Translations under genes and position numbers: made by a program
DNA from: Octopus sinensis
Taxonomy: Eukaryota
Assembly (NCBI RefSeq): GCF_006345805.1
Contig: NC_043002.1
Location: forward strand, 56,358,001 to 56,422,000
Direction of reading: 5' to 3'
Length of the DNA: 64,000 nucleotides
The notes under the pieces: model-generated
The model's input: the letters and a program-made list of their open reading frames with translations, nothing else
What the model was told of the DNA's origin: nothing
The model's database searches: none
Part shown: positions 52,060 through 64,000 of the stretch, piece by piece
How positions within the stretch are numbered: the stretch's first letter is position 1
Layout: the number at the start of each line of letters is the position of its first letter

Positions 52060-53850
52060 TGTGTATATATATGTATATACCTAGCTAAAGATAAACCCTC
52101 TACTTAGCTTTTGTGGACTTAGAGAAAGCCTTTGACAGGTTCCCCCAGTCCCTTATCTCGTGGGCAATGCAGAAACTGGAGATTGACAAATGGTTGATAA
52201 GGGCTGTACAGGCCCTATACCGAGAGGCCGTTAGTAAGGTTAGGATTGGCAATGAGTATAGTGAAGAATTCCGGGTAGAAGTAGGGGTTCACCAAGGTTC
52301 AGCCTTAGTCCCCTTCTTTTCATAGTCCTCCGGGCAATAACAGAGGAATTCAAGACGGGTTGCCCCTGGGAGCTCCTCTATGCTGATGACCTGGCCCTCA
52401 TAGTAGAATCATTACCGGAACTAGAAAAGAAATTTTGGGTGTGGAAGCTAGGTTTAGAATCAAAGGACCTTAGAGTAGCAAAGACTAAAGTTATAGTAAG
52501 CAGAAAGGCGAACTCATCACACACACCCTCGGGCAGGTGGCCCTGCTTGATCTGTAGAAAAGGTGTAGGTAGAAACTCCATAAGATGTACCCAGTGTAAG
52601 CTATAGACATATAAGAGGTGCAGCAACATCAAAGGAAAATTAACCGAGAAGATAGCTTTCATGTGTAACAGATGCACAGGGGCAATAGACACCACAGATA
52701 CTCAGAAAACAGATTCCATCACACTCCAGGGGAGAAGCTAGAAGTAGTTGATAGTTTCCGCTACCTAAGTGACCAAGTTAGTAGTGGAGGTGGATGCTCA
52801 GAGAGTGTCACCACTAGAATACGAATAGCCTGGGCAAAATTTAGAAAGCTCCTACCCCTACTGGTGACAAAGGGTCTCTCACTCAGAGTAAAAGGTAGAC
52901 TGTATGATGCATGTGTGCAACATGCAATGCTTCACGGTGGTGAAACATGGGCTGTGACTGCAAAGGACATGCGTAGGCTTGAAAGAAATGAAGCTAGTAT
53001 GATCCGCTGGATGTGTAATGTCAGTGTGCACACACGACAGAGTGTAAGTGCCCTGAGAGAAATGCTGGACATAAGAAGCATCAGATGTGGTGTGCAAGAG
53101 AGACATTTGCACTGGTATGGTCATGTACTATAGATGGATGAGGAGAGATGTGTGAAGAAGTGCCACTCCCAAACGGTTGAAGGTATCTGGGGCAGAGGTA
53201 GACACGGGATGAGGTAGTCAAGCATGACGTTCGAATGTTGGGCCTCACAGAGGTAATGACGAAGGACCGAGATCTCTGGAGATATGCTGTGACTGCAAAG
53301 ACCCGACAAATAGTGTGAGTTCATGGCTGCTTCCTGCACCAGTTTCGCATAGCCCAAGCCCATCCAAAGTACCTTGAATTGCAGAACGACCTGCTGTGCT
53401 TACCTTGGATCGTAGGGTGACCTGCTGTGCTTGAGGAGACCTATTGAGTCAAGTACATCAACATCAACATCAAAATAAATATCAAATGGAAATTGTAGTT
53501 GTGATACCTGTGCCAGCGGCATGTAAAAAGCACCAACCGAATGTGGCTGATGACAGCGCCACCTTAACTGGCTTCTGTGCCTGTGGCACGTGACCTGCTG
53601 TGCTTGAGGAGACCTATTGAGTGAAGTACATCAATATCAAAATAAATATCAAATGGAAATTGCAGTTGTGATACCTGTGCCAATGGTTGGCGTTAGGAAC
53701 TTAGGAAGGGCATCCAGCTGTAGAAACACTGCCAGATCAAACTGGAGCCTGGTGCAGCCTCCTGGCTTCCCAGACCCCGGTCAAACCATCCAACCCGTGA
53801 TAGCATGGAAAACGAGGTTAAACGATGATGATGATGATGATGATGATGAT
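52060..53850 (+). mobile_element. 5'-truncated RTE-clade LINE with 3' UTR and (GAT)n tail
   Basis: RT motifs VDLEKAFD, GVHQGSAL, LLYADDL and LEVVDSFRYLSD, then IAWAKFRKLLPLL...RLHWYGHV. The 3' UTR has an internal ~90-bp duplication (about 53419 and 53592) and ends in (GAT)n. Confidence 0.95.
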
Positions 53851-54483
53851 ATATATATATATATACAAACACACATTCACAACAGGCTTCTTTCAGTTTC
53901 TGTCTACCAAATCCACTCACAAGGCTTTGGTCAGCCCAAGACTATAGTAGAAGACACATGCCCAAGGTGCCACGCAGTGGGACTGAACCCAGAACCATGT
54001 GGTTGGAAAGCAAGTTTCAAGAATGTGTTTGTAAACTGATTTGTTCAAGATGAGAGGCCTTCATAAACCAGGGTACCATGCATATGGAAAAAGGGACAAA
54101 CAAAGGTGGATAGGGAAGCTGATGGCCAATATGGGATGGTGTTCAATGGTGGTATGGGGGCTCCACCTGTGATCTTTTTTCAACAGCTACTCTGAACTGG
54201 TTTCAGGATGGAAAATGAATGTCAAATGATGATGATGTTGTTGTTGTTATTGTTATTATTATTATTATTAACAGCAGCAGCAGCAGTAGTAGTAAGGCAG
54301 TGAGGTGGTTGAAGTTTTTACATGCTGGAGAAAATGCTTAGCAGCTTTTTGTCTGTCTTTACATTGTGAGTTGAAATGCCGCCAAGGTCAACTTTGCCTT
54401 TCATCCTTTCAGTACCAGTCAAGTACAGGGGTTGATGTAATCAACTCACCTCAACACCCATGTTTCAGGCTTTTTAAATGATT

Positions 54484-55255
54484 ATTACCTCTGCCTTAGA
54501 GAAGGTGGAGGTATTGCTTTCAGTCATATTTGTTTGTTTGTTCATGGACAAGATATCTCAAGAACTAATGGATGGATTCGGATGAAACTTTCAGGAATGT
54601 TTCGCCTCGTGACTTAGATTTGGGGATTGATCTGGTACCGGACAAAGATTCTGGATTATTTATTATATTTAATTTACATGATTACAATCTTATGTTAACT
54701 TTCAAGTCTTTCTCAATTATCTCCCTTTAGGCTGTAACTATTTTGAATGGTGAATTTGTTACCTTTGGCTTGTATTAGATAAGGATGAACCATTTATTAC
54801 TGTTACTAAATTTTCTACAGCTACCTTCACTTTCCATGACTACCATTGGATCAATCAGGTACTGGACAAGGATTCTGGATTATTTTTCCATTTTTTTCAC
54901 TTAATTTTTAAGATCAGTCGGGTTCATTTTTAGTATTCTCGTTTGTGAACGCAGTCGAGTTTATTTCAGATGTTCTCATTTTAAAAATCCTCTCCAGCTA
55001 ATCACTGATAGGGCGTTGGTGTTGCCTTGGTGGAGGTTTGTGCTCACTGAGTGCCCTTGTTACTTCTACCTTAGCAAAGGTGAAGGTATTGTTTTCAATC
55101 GTGTTTGTTTGTTTGTTTGTTTGTCTGTGGACAAGATATCTCAAGAACCACTAGATGGACGCGGGTGAAACTTTCAGGGATGTTTGGCCTTGTAACTGAT
55201 TAGATTTTGGGATTAATCCAGTATGGGACAAGGATTCTGAAATATTTTTTATATT
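54484..55255 (+). mobile_element. Tandem Helentron-like non-autonomous elements (HINE/INE-1 type)
   Basis: 5' end TTATTACCTCTGCC...(TTTG)n...GGACAAGATATCTC at 54484 and about 55061. 3' end GTTGCCTTGGTGGAGGTTTGTGCTCACTGAGTGC at about 55020 and again at about 56040. Sub-terminal inverted CCTCTGCC/GGCAGAGG motifs are present. Confidence 0.65.
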
Positions 55256-55680
55256 TTCTTTACCTTACATGTATATGTAAAGTTTCACATAGTTATCTTG
55301 TACACGTACACACATATACACATATGCACACACATTTTCTGCGCTGAACATTACCATCCCATTTCCATTGTACACACACACTCTCATGCACGCAAACATA
55401 CCTGTCTTTCATACATATACTCACACTTCAAACGCCATTCATCGGCTTTCTCACACCTTCCTTTGTGATTCATTTATCACACCTTTCTTTCTCATTCATA
55501 TGATGCTCTCTTTGTCATTTATCTCGTCTACCTTCACCTCTCACTCTGGCTCTATTATATATATATACACACACACAAATATATATATATATATATAAAT
55601 TAATAATAATAATATGAAAACAAAATAATGAATGAGACCTCGATATTATGTAAATAGAGGAATTTATCTATAAATATAAT

Positions 55681-55824
55681 ATATAACAATCAGTTGTTGT
55701 CATAATAAAACTCGGAGTTTCGGATGTCAGGGCTTAAGCCTGCTCCAGCATCTCAGCAGGCTTCATCCCAGACATCCGAAACTCTGAGTTTTATTATGAC
55801 AACAACTAACTGATTGTTGTATAT
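55681..55824. repeat. ~145-bp near-perfect hairpin element
   Basis: Arms 55681-55728 and 55771-55824, plus an inner stem AAGCCTGCT/AGCAGGCTT. Confidence 0.85.
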
Positions 55825-56769
55825 ATATATAAAGACAACGCTCATTATTATGTTAGGAGATTATACATACATTTTAAAATTTTACAATATATTTACATAT
55901 ATACATAATTCTATACATCGATCTAAAACAACATGATTACTAAAGGAAGACTGGAATTTAAGAGAAGAGAAAGCCAAAAATTTTCATGATATTCATTGAA
56001 GGATTTTATTTAATCTCTCGTTAAAGGTTAAGAGGACATTGCTGTTGCCTTGGCAGAGGTTTGTGCTCTCTGAGTGCTCTTGTTATTATTATTATTGATT
56101 GGCAGAACCATCTACACACTGGACAAAGTGTTTAGGGGCATTTCTTCCAACTCTTTACATTCTTGGTTCAAATTCCAATTAGGTCGACTCTTTCTTTTCA
56201 TCTCTCTGGAATGGATAAAGTACCAGTCACATACTGAGGTCTATGGTATTGACTAACCCTCCTTTTCAAAAAACAAAATTGATGATCTGGGGCCTTAATT
56301 AGAAACCATTATTTGAAATGGCAACACACCTGTACTTAACATTATTTCATAATTCTTATTTCAGCTGTCTTTACGTTCTGAGTTCAAATTCTACTGCGAT
56401 TGACTTTGCCTTTCATCCTTTCGGAGTCGATAAATTAAGTACCAGTTGCTTACAGGGGTCGATCTAATTTCGGGCATTGTGCCTAGAGTAGAAAAGATTA
56501 TTTCTCATTTCTACAGTTCTGATTTCAAATCCTACCAGAGTCATTTTTATATTTCATCCTTCCAGGTTTTATGAAATATACAGTAATTGTGTATCAGGTG
56601 ATAATTCAATCAGATTTACTCCTCCTCTTCAAAATTGTGATCTTGTGTGCCTATGCCACAATTAATTATTATTGTCATCAATAAAATTCATTTTGTGTTT
56701 TTCTGTCAGTAATGGAGTAAAAACACACTCCACTATTTAAGCCTTTAACAAAGGAGACTGACATGGCTA

Positions 56770-57135
56770 CTGCTGATGTTGCTGCTACTGCTGCTGCTGC
56801 TGGTAGCAGTGGAAGCTGATAAGGCTGCTTGGTGTGGTGGTGGTGGTGGTGGTGGTCATCATTGTTTTCCTGGTGATGGAGGAGGCCTTGGGGTGGTCAT
56901 AGTGGTGGTGGTGGTGGCGGTGATGATTGTGTTGAAGATGGAGGTGGTGGTGATAGTGATGGTTACAGTGATGATAGTGGTGGTGTTGATAATGATTACA
57001 GTTATAATGAAGGCAATGATGATGGTGCTGAAAATGGTGGAGGTTGTAGAGGTGATGATTGTGTTGGTGATGATGAAGATGATGATGGTGGAAGTGATGA
57101 TCATGGTGGTGGTGATGGTAGCAGCAATAACTTAA
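56770..57135. repeat. Cryptic (GGT/GAT)n trinucleotide low-complexity tract
   Basis: Directly visible. Similar tracts lie at 26090-26280, 28400-28650, 39765-39955 and 44770-44930. Confidence 0.9.
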
Positions 57136-58059
57136 TTTCATTTAATATTATTTATTTAATTTTCTTATACTTTCACAACATTCACTACTTGAATATTCCA
57201 TATTCAGAAAGGAAAGAAGGAAAGAAAGGAAAGGAAAAAAGACAGCAAGCAAAAAAAAAAAAACTAGCTATTTCTAAATATGTACTTTTAAATGCTTCTA
57301 TTATATTGTGGTTTCCTTTTTATTTTTCTATTCTGTTCTTCTTTTGTCCTTCTTGCTTGTTTTACAGAATATATGCGTTATAAATAATATATTTTGAAAC
57401 TTGTTATTATCAAGCCTCATGATAACACAATTAATATTCTGTTTATTTATTTATCCTTATTGTTGATATTGCTGTAATGTCCCTCGTCATATGTTGCCCT
57501 TGTGGCAAATAAATAAAAATTTATTATCATTGTTGTTGAGGTTGTTATCGTTACTGTGCTGGGAAAAATGCTTCAAGGCATTTTGTCCGTCTTTACATTC
57601 TATGTTCAAATTCCATTGAGGTCAACTAAGCCTTTTGGGGTTGGTAAAACAAGTACCAGTTGAGAACTAAGGTCAATGTAATCGACTTACCCTGTCCTCA
57701 GAAATTGCTGGCCTTGTGCCAAATTTGAAATCATCATCATTATTATTATTATTTTTTTTTCCTTCTGTCTTCAAAATTTCTTCCATTTCTCACTGAGTGT
57801 TTTCTGTATACCTAGGGTAGGGAAGCTCATTGTATGCATTCTCAGATTACACACACAAATTCACAGGTAAAATATGTATCAAAAAATTAATAAATGAATA
57901 AATTCATGAATGGATGTTGTTTTCACAGCAATAATGCTCTTCTCAGTATGTGGGTCGTTCCAGTTAACACAACTTTTTGCACTTCCTGTAAGGATGGTAA
58001 GCCGGGTATCATTTTCAAATAGGTTTCAGTACCTTTTTGTTTATCATTCCTAGAGATAT

Positions 58060-58182
<123 letters not shown>

Positions 58183-58568
58183 ATTGCCTTTGCACAGCTT
58201 CTAACGCTGGAGATGTACTACAGTGTCAGCTGTTCACTACCAGTGAACTAAGGTAACATCCCTTATTTTTCAAGCACCTTCCAGAGTATTTGAGCAGTTC
58301 CAAGCAGTGCTGTTTTCTGTAAGTGCTCCACCCTTATTGCAGCCCCTATTTGTTTCATGTACTTCTCGAGATTTTTACTCACTGTTCCAAGGGCTCCAAC
58401 AATTATTGGTACTACTACCACCTTTTCTAGTGACCACAACTGCTTAACTTCCCAAGCTAACCTGTCATATCTATCAACTTTTCTTTCTTCATTATCACAT
58501 ACCTTGTTGTCACCTGGGCATGCTATATCTATGATCCAGTATCGTTTGCTTTCTTTCTCAATTAACAC
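58183..58568 (-). mobile_element. R4/Dong-like RLE non-LTR retrotransposon, 5'-truncated, with (GTA)n tail
   Basis: WIIDIACPGD..KVDRYDRLAWEVKQLW..VVVVPIIVGALGTV..LQKTALLGTAQIL, a PD-(D/E)xK restriction-like endonuclease C-terminus. It is embedded in (TAT)n/(TGT)n repeats. Confidence 0.88.
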
Positions 58569-58619
58569 TGTTGTTGTTGTTATTATTATTATTGTTGTTG
58601 TTGTTGTTGTTGTTCTACT

Positions 58620-59085
58620 TGTCAGAACATCTTGTTTGCTCTGGTTGATGCAGTGAGAGAGGACAGCAGCCTGTTGTTAGAGGTCTCACAGGGTCTCTTT
58701 CTATACTTTATAAGATTTGATACTTGGTTAATTACCATAGGAGCCATTCAATATCCAAGTACCAATCTCAAAATCAAGCTGTCCCCAGCAGAGCAGTTTT
58801 TTGGGCTTGCTCTGCTCTCATATCAATTCCGATTTCTCTGACATATTTCTTGAACTTGGTTGTTAATGCCCTGGGCCCCACTACAACTACTGAAATGTCA
58901 GATGCTCTCCTCATAGTCCACATTCTTGTAATTTCATCTTTTAGTAGTTTGTACTTTTCAATCTTTTCTAGTTCTTTGTCACCTATACATTCATCCCCAG
59001 GTATTGCAATATCTTTAATCTTGTTTTCCCTTTTTTCTTTATCTACCACAGTAATATGTGGTCTCCAAGCATCGATTAGGGAGTC
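58620..59085 (-). mobile_element. Second, divergent R4/Dong-like RLE fragment
   Basis: WRPHITVVDKEKRENKIKDIAIPGD..EKIEKYKLLKDEITRMW..QKTALLGTA. Confidence 0.85.
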
Positions 59086-59574
59086 TATCATTACTATTGT
59101 GGTGGTGGCAGAATTATTGGCATGCCAGAGTGGGATCGTTGCCAATGCTGCCTGACTGGCTCCCATGTCAGTGGTACATAAAAAGCACCATTTGAGCATG
59201 ATCGTTGCCAGTGCCGCCTAACTGGTCCTGTGCTGGTGGCACGTAAAAAGCACCCACTACACTCTTGGAGTAGTTGGCATTAGGAAGGGCATCCAGCTGT
59301 AGAAACTTTGCCAGATCAGATTGGAGCCTGGTGCATCCTTCTGGTTGCCAGACTCCAATCACACTGTCCAACCCATGCAGGCATGGAAAGCAGACGTTAA
59401 ATGATGATTTCAATTCTGGTTTCAATTTATGCCAAAGTCAATTTTGCTTTCAACTTTTTGGGGTTCAGTAAAATAAGTACCTATTGAACAGTGAGTGGGG
59501 GGATCGATATAATCGACAAGCCCCCTCCCACCAAATTTCAGGCTTTGTGCCTATAGTAGAAAGGGTTATTATTA

Positions 59575-60110
59575 TATTGAGCGAGAGAGCAGCACATGTC
59601 ATCAAAGTGACACTGGAGTATAAATATACAAAGCCCAATATACCCATCATGACGACCTGTCTGATAAAGGTACACCAGGCACATGCATCACAACCATATG
59701 TGCGCGACATGGTCATCTCATATCAAGATAAACAGTACATGACTTTGCAGGTGGGGCCCAGTTTGAATTTTCTTAAGGTCAAGTAGCCCATCCTGCTTGA
59801 AAGGTCCCTAAATAAGGGTTGTTTAAGGACGTTGAACGAGACACCTATGTTTCCAGAGGTTAGTTATACAAACCCCAAAGAATTCCTTTGATGCTCTCCT
59901 ACTACTTCTGCTCATGATCAAAGATGCACATATCGTCAGCCACCAAAGAGCATGCTCAACTGGTTATGGTCAAACAACTGACAAGCAAATCTGTGGTATT
60001 GAGCAGAATATTTGCTGTAGCCCATTTTTTATACCAAGACATGATAACACTTCCAATCAGTTAAGATCAGAAGCCATGAGAGCCACTGCCTAGTACTGCA
60101 TCAGGGCATT
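59575..60110. repeat. ~530-bp interspersed repeat flanked by (TAT)n
   Basis: Full copy here, an inverted copy at about 23860-24410 and a partial copy at about 61275-61625. Confidence 0.85.
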
Positions 60111-60129
60111 TATTATTATTATTTAAGGT

Positions 60130-60983
60130 AGAAAGGTGGTGAGCTGGCAGAATCATTAGCATACCGGGTGAAATTCTGCTGAGGTCGACTTTGCCTTTCA
60201 TCTTTTCAGGGTCAATAAATTTAGTACCAGTTGAGTACTGGGGTTGATGTAATCGACTATTTCCCTCCCCAAAATTTCAGGTCTTGTGCTTATAGTAGAA
60301 AAGATTATTATTTAAGGCGAAGGGCTGGCAGAATTGTTAGCATGCTGGGCAAAAGGCTAAGCGGTATTTTGTCTGTCTTTACGATTTGAGTTCAAATTCT
60401 GCCGAGGTCAACTTTGCCTTTCATCCTTTCAGGGTTGATGAAATAAGTACCAGCTACACACTAGGGTCGATATAATCGACCCTCCCCTCAAATTTCAGAC
60501 TTTTTGCTTGTAGAAGAAAGGAGTATTATTATTTTTGGGGAGCGTGGTTGTTGCCAGTGCTACCTGACTGGATCCTGTGCTGGTGGCATGTAAAAAGCAC
60601 CCACTACACTCTCGGAGTGATTGGTGTTAGGAAGGGCATCCAGCTGTAGAAACATTGCCTGATCAGACTGGAGCCCAGTACAGCCTTCTGGCTTGCCAGT
60701 CCTCAGTCAAACCATCCAACCCATGCCAGCATGTAAAGCGGACATTAAACAATGATGATGATCATGATAAGTCTCTGATTTAGCAGAATCATTAGCACAT
60801 TGGAAAAAATTATGCTTAGCATTTTTTATGACTGTTCATGTTCTGTTTTGAAATGCCATGAAGGTCAATCTTGTTTTTCATCCTTCTGGGGTTGATAAAA
60901 CAAGTATTAGTTGAGTACTGGAGTCAATGTAATTGAATTACATCGTCCCCTCAAATTACTGGCCTCATACCTATATATGAAAC

Positions 60984-61054
<71 letters not shown>

Positions 61055-61245
61055 GCTCACTGAGCAAAATGTTCTGTGGAATTTTGTTGAGCTTTGCAAT
61101 CTGAGTTCAAATTCCATCATAGTCAATTTTGCCTGTCATTCTTTTGGGTTTCAATGAAATAAGTACAAGCTGAGCATTCAAGTCAGTGTAATCGATTCAC
61201 ACCCTCCACTCAAAATTATAGGCCTTGAGGCCATAGTAGAAAGGA
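60130..61245 (+). mobile_element. Cluster of family A SINEs with an RTE tail and (TAT)n
   Basis: At least four family A copies plus an RTE 3' end at 60540-60770. Confidence 0.85.
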
Positions 61246-62072
61246 TTGTTATTTTTGTTGTTGTTATTATTATTGAATGAGAGAGCACTGCATGCCATCA
61301 AAGTGACACCAGGGTACAAATATACAAAGCCCAGTATACCCATCATGACTATCCATCTGATAAGGGTACTCCAGGCACATGCATCACAATCATATGTGAA
61401 TGGCATAGTGATCTCATATCAAGATAAACAGTGCATGACCTTGCAGGTGGGGCCCAGTTAGAATTTTCATCTGGTCAAGTAGCCCATCCTGCTCAAAAGG
61501 TCCCCGAATAAGGGTTGTTTAAGGATACTGGACAAAACACCCCTGTTTCCAGAGGGGAATTATTCAAACTCCAAAGAATTCCTCTCAACTCATTGTTATG
61601 ATGCTCCCCCATTACTTCTGCTTGTAAATAAAAGAATATATTAATGAGATTGTGTGTGTATGTATGTGTTTGTGTGTGTATGGGTTTGCGTGTGTGTATA
61701 TGTGTGTATGTGTGTGAGTGTGTGTGTTTGTGTGTGCATGCGTGAGTGTGTGTTTGTGTGCATGCGAGTGACTGTGTTTGTCTGTGTGTTTGTGCGTATG
61801 TGTGTATTTGTGTGTGTGCTGTGCGTTTGTGTGTGCGTGTTTGCATGTGTGTGTGTGTTTATATCTTTGATCTTTGATCTTTTATCTTTTATCTTTTTTA
61901 TCTTTTAACTTTTATCTTTTACTTGTTTCACTCATTAGACTGCGGCCATGTACTGACCCCAGAATTTATTTTTTAAAAGCATGGTACTTATTCTATTAGC
62001 CTTGTTTGCTGAACTGCTAAGTTATGGGGATGTAAACATACCAATGCCAGTTGTCAAGTGGTGATGGGGGTA

Positions 62073-62110
<38 letters not shown>

Positions 62111-62441
62111 AACAAGTGATTGAGTGGACTGACTAGCACCACTTTTGCTAAAAATAAGCGTTAAAACAACTCAAAAGCCACAAAAACACTGTCTTAATGA
62201 CTGACAAATGGAGGTAAGTTGCCAGTGTATCTAGCTGGATCACAATTTCAGATTTTGATGTAGACCCTCTTAATCCTCATCAGCGACTCTTAACACCTAG
62301 GGTTTTGTGACTTTGAGTTTCTTTAACTCTTATCTTTGGCAAAACCGGTGCTGGTCAGTATTGTCTGTCACTTTTGTGAGCTCTATTAATTTTGCCTTTA
62401 GGTTCTAATTGCTAATAAGCAACCCTTTTCAATTTATATAT

Positions 62442-62493
<52 letters not shown>

Positions 62494-63200
62494 CAGGTTT
62501 CTTTCAGTTTCTGCCTTGCAAAGTCCACTCACAAGATTTTGGTCAGCCCAAAGTGGAAGACACTTGCCCAAGGTGCCACGCAATGGGGTTGAACCCAGAA
62601 CTATGTGGTTGAGAAGCATGCTTGTTACCACACAGCCACGTGCGCGCATGCGTGCACAAACACACACACGCATGTGTAACTACATGTGGATTGTTGGCAA
62701 TTTTTTTCCTCCATCTTCCTTTTCTCTTGGACTTTCCTCTGTTTCCTGTATCTAAAAAAGAGCTTTGCTTGAAACGTAAAACTACCTTTTTTTCTTCCCT
62801 CAGCATTTTTTAATACTTTGCATGTACCACGTCCTTGTGTTATTGCTTTTTGTTGTGTTTTATTCTTCATTTTTTTTAGATTATATATACCTGTAGTGTT
62901 CAAGTGGTAACTACTACTATTGCAATGTTAGAAACCCCCAACTTTCAATGATACACAAGACTTTAGTCACCATAAGAAGAATTTACTATACCTCTGAGTT
63001 GTACCTACTGTTTGTTCATGAAACAAATTATCTTTGATATTTATTTATAAAAAAAAAGACATTTAGGGCCAGGCATGGCTGTGTGGTAAGAAGCTTACTT
63101 CCCAACTACATGGTTCTGAGTTCAGTTCCACTGCATGGCACCTTGTGCTGACCAAAGCCTTGTAAGTGGATTTGATAGACAGAAACTGAAACAAGCCTGT

Positions 63201-63245
<45 letters not shown>

Positions 63246-64000
63246 GAAAAATGTATAAACAAATGACATAATGTATACTGAATGTAAAAATGAATGGGAG
63301 ACAAACAGAAAGTCCATAATTCTTCATCAGTTATCGACCAATACTGCTGTTCAGTTTCACACCTTTAATGATAAGACTGAGTGCTTCTTAATTAGCGGTG
63401 CCCACAAAAAAAGTTTTCTTGCATAGAATTGGGGACAAGAGCAAACAAAACAAAACAAAACAAGTAAAATGACACAGAGTGTGATTTAGAACAAGCAATC
63501 AGACAAAAGATGCCTGGGGGCTAAGGAGATGAGAATAGTGGGTAACACTTTGGAAATGTTTTGAAGGATGGAGAATGGAGAGACAGAATTTGCAACTGGT
63601 CAGTTAAGGGACCAGTCTAAGAAAGAAGCAAAAGGGGAACTGGCTATTGGTCACATGGCGACCACAGGCATAGGAGAAAGACAGCAGGGAGAAGGAGCCA
63701 CAGAGAAAAGAAGGGGGAAGTGGATGAAGGGGAAGAAGAAAAGCTAGGAATACAAGTGGGAGAGAGAGGAGTAAGTAGAAAGGCTATAATAGAAGTGACA
63801 GGGTGAGAAAAAGAAAAAGAGAAAGAATGACAACTGATGTTGGTGTGTTCAGCAAAAGTGACTGATCGAATAACTACTAGGCTTACAAAGAATAAGTTCT
63901 GGCATTGATATATTCGACTAAAGGCAGTGCTCCAGCATGGCCGCAGTCAAACGACTGAAACAAGTAAAAGAATAAAGGAAAGAATATATTTATGAGTAAA

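Overview
Eukaryotic, AT-rich, microsatellite- and SINE-saturated genomic DNA. The repeat landscape is most consistent with an octopus-type (coleoid cephalopod) genome; this is an inference from recalled repeat families, not a database match. The one firm gene is an HMGB-family gene with an uninterrupted CDS (4989-5663, minus). Next to it is a CpG-rich, ETS/NRF1-motif promoter region, inside a ~10 kb zone nearly free of young SINEs. A second minus-strand gene of unknown function is supported by a 545-nt open exon (11757-12301) plus two phase-compatible downstream exons (10958-10998, 9085-9232). It may have a start exon ~33 kb upstream (45016-45083) near an RFX X-box-like site. The rest is transposon debris: two tRNA-type SINE families, RTE LINEs and many RTE 3' tails, a decayed Ty3/Gypsy element with 5' LTR and PBS, mariner and maT-like DNA transposons, piggyBac-type MITEs, Helentron-like HINEs, R4/Dong-like RLE retroposons in (TAT)n repeats, and Penelope-like RT and GIY-YIG fragments. 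The most interesting signal is a pair of minimal type I hammerhead ribozymes in the arms of a ~220-bp inverted repeat (22184-22652). That repeat is inserted, with a 15-bp target duplication, into a mariner transposase. More degenerate hammerhead-like motifs occur at 14.2/14.4 kb, 42.8 kb and 62.2 kb. Repeat boundaries were read by eye and are approximate.
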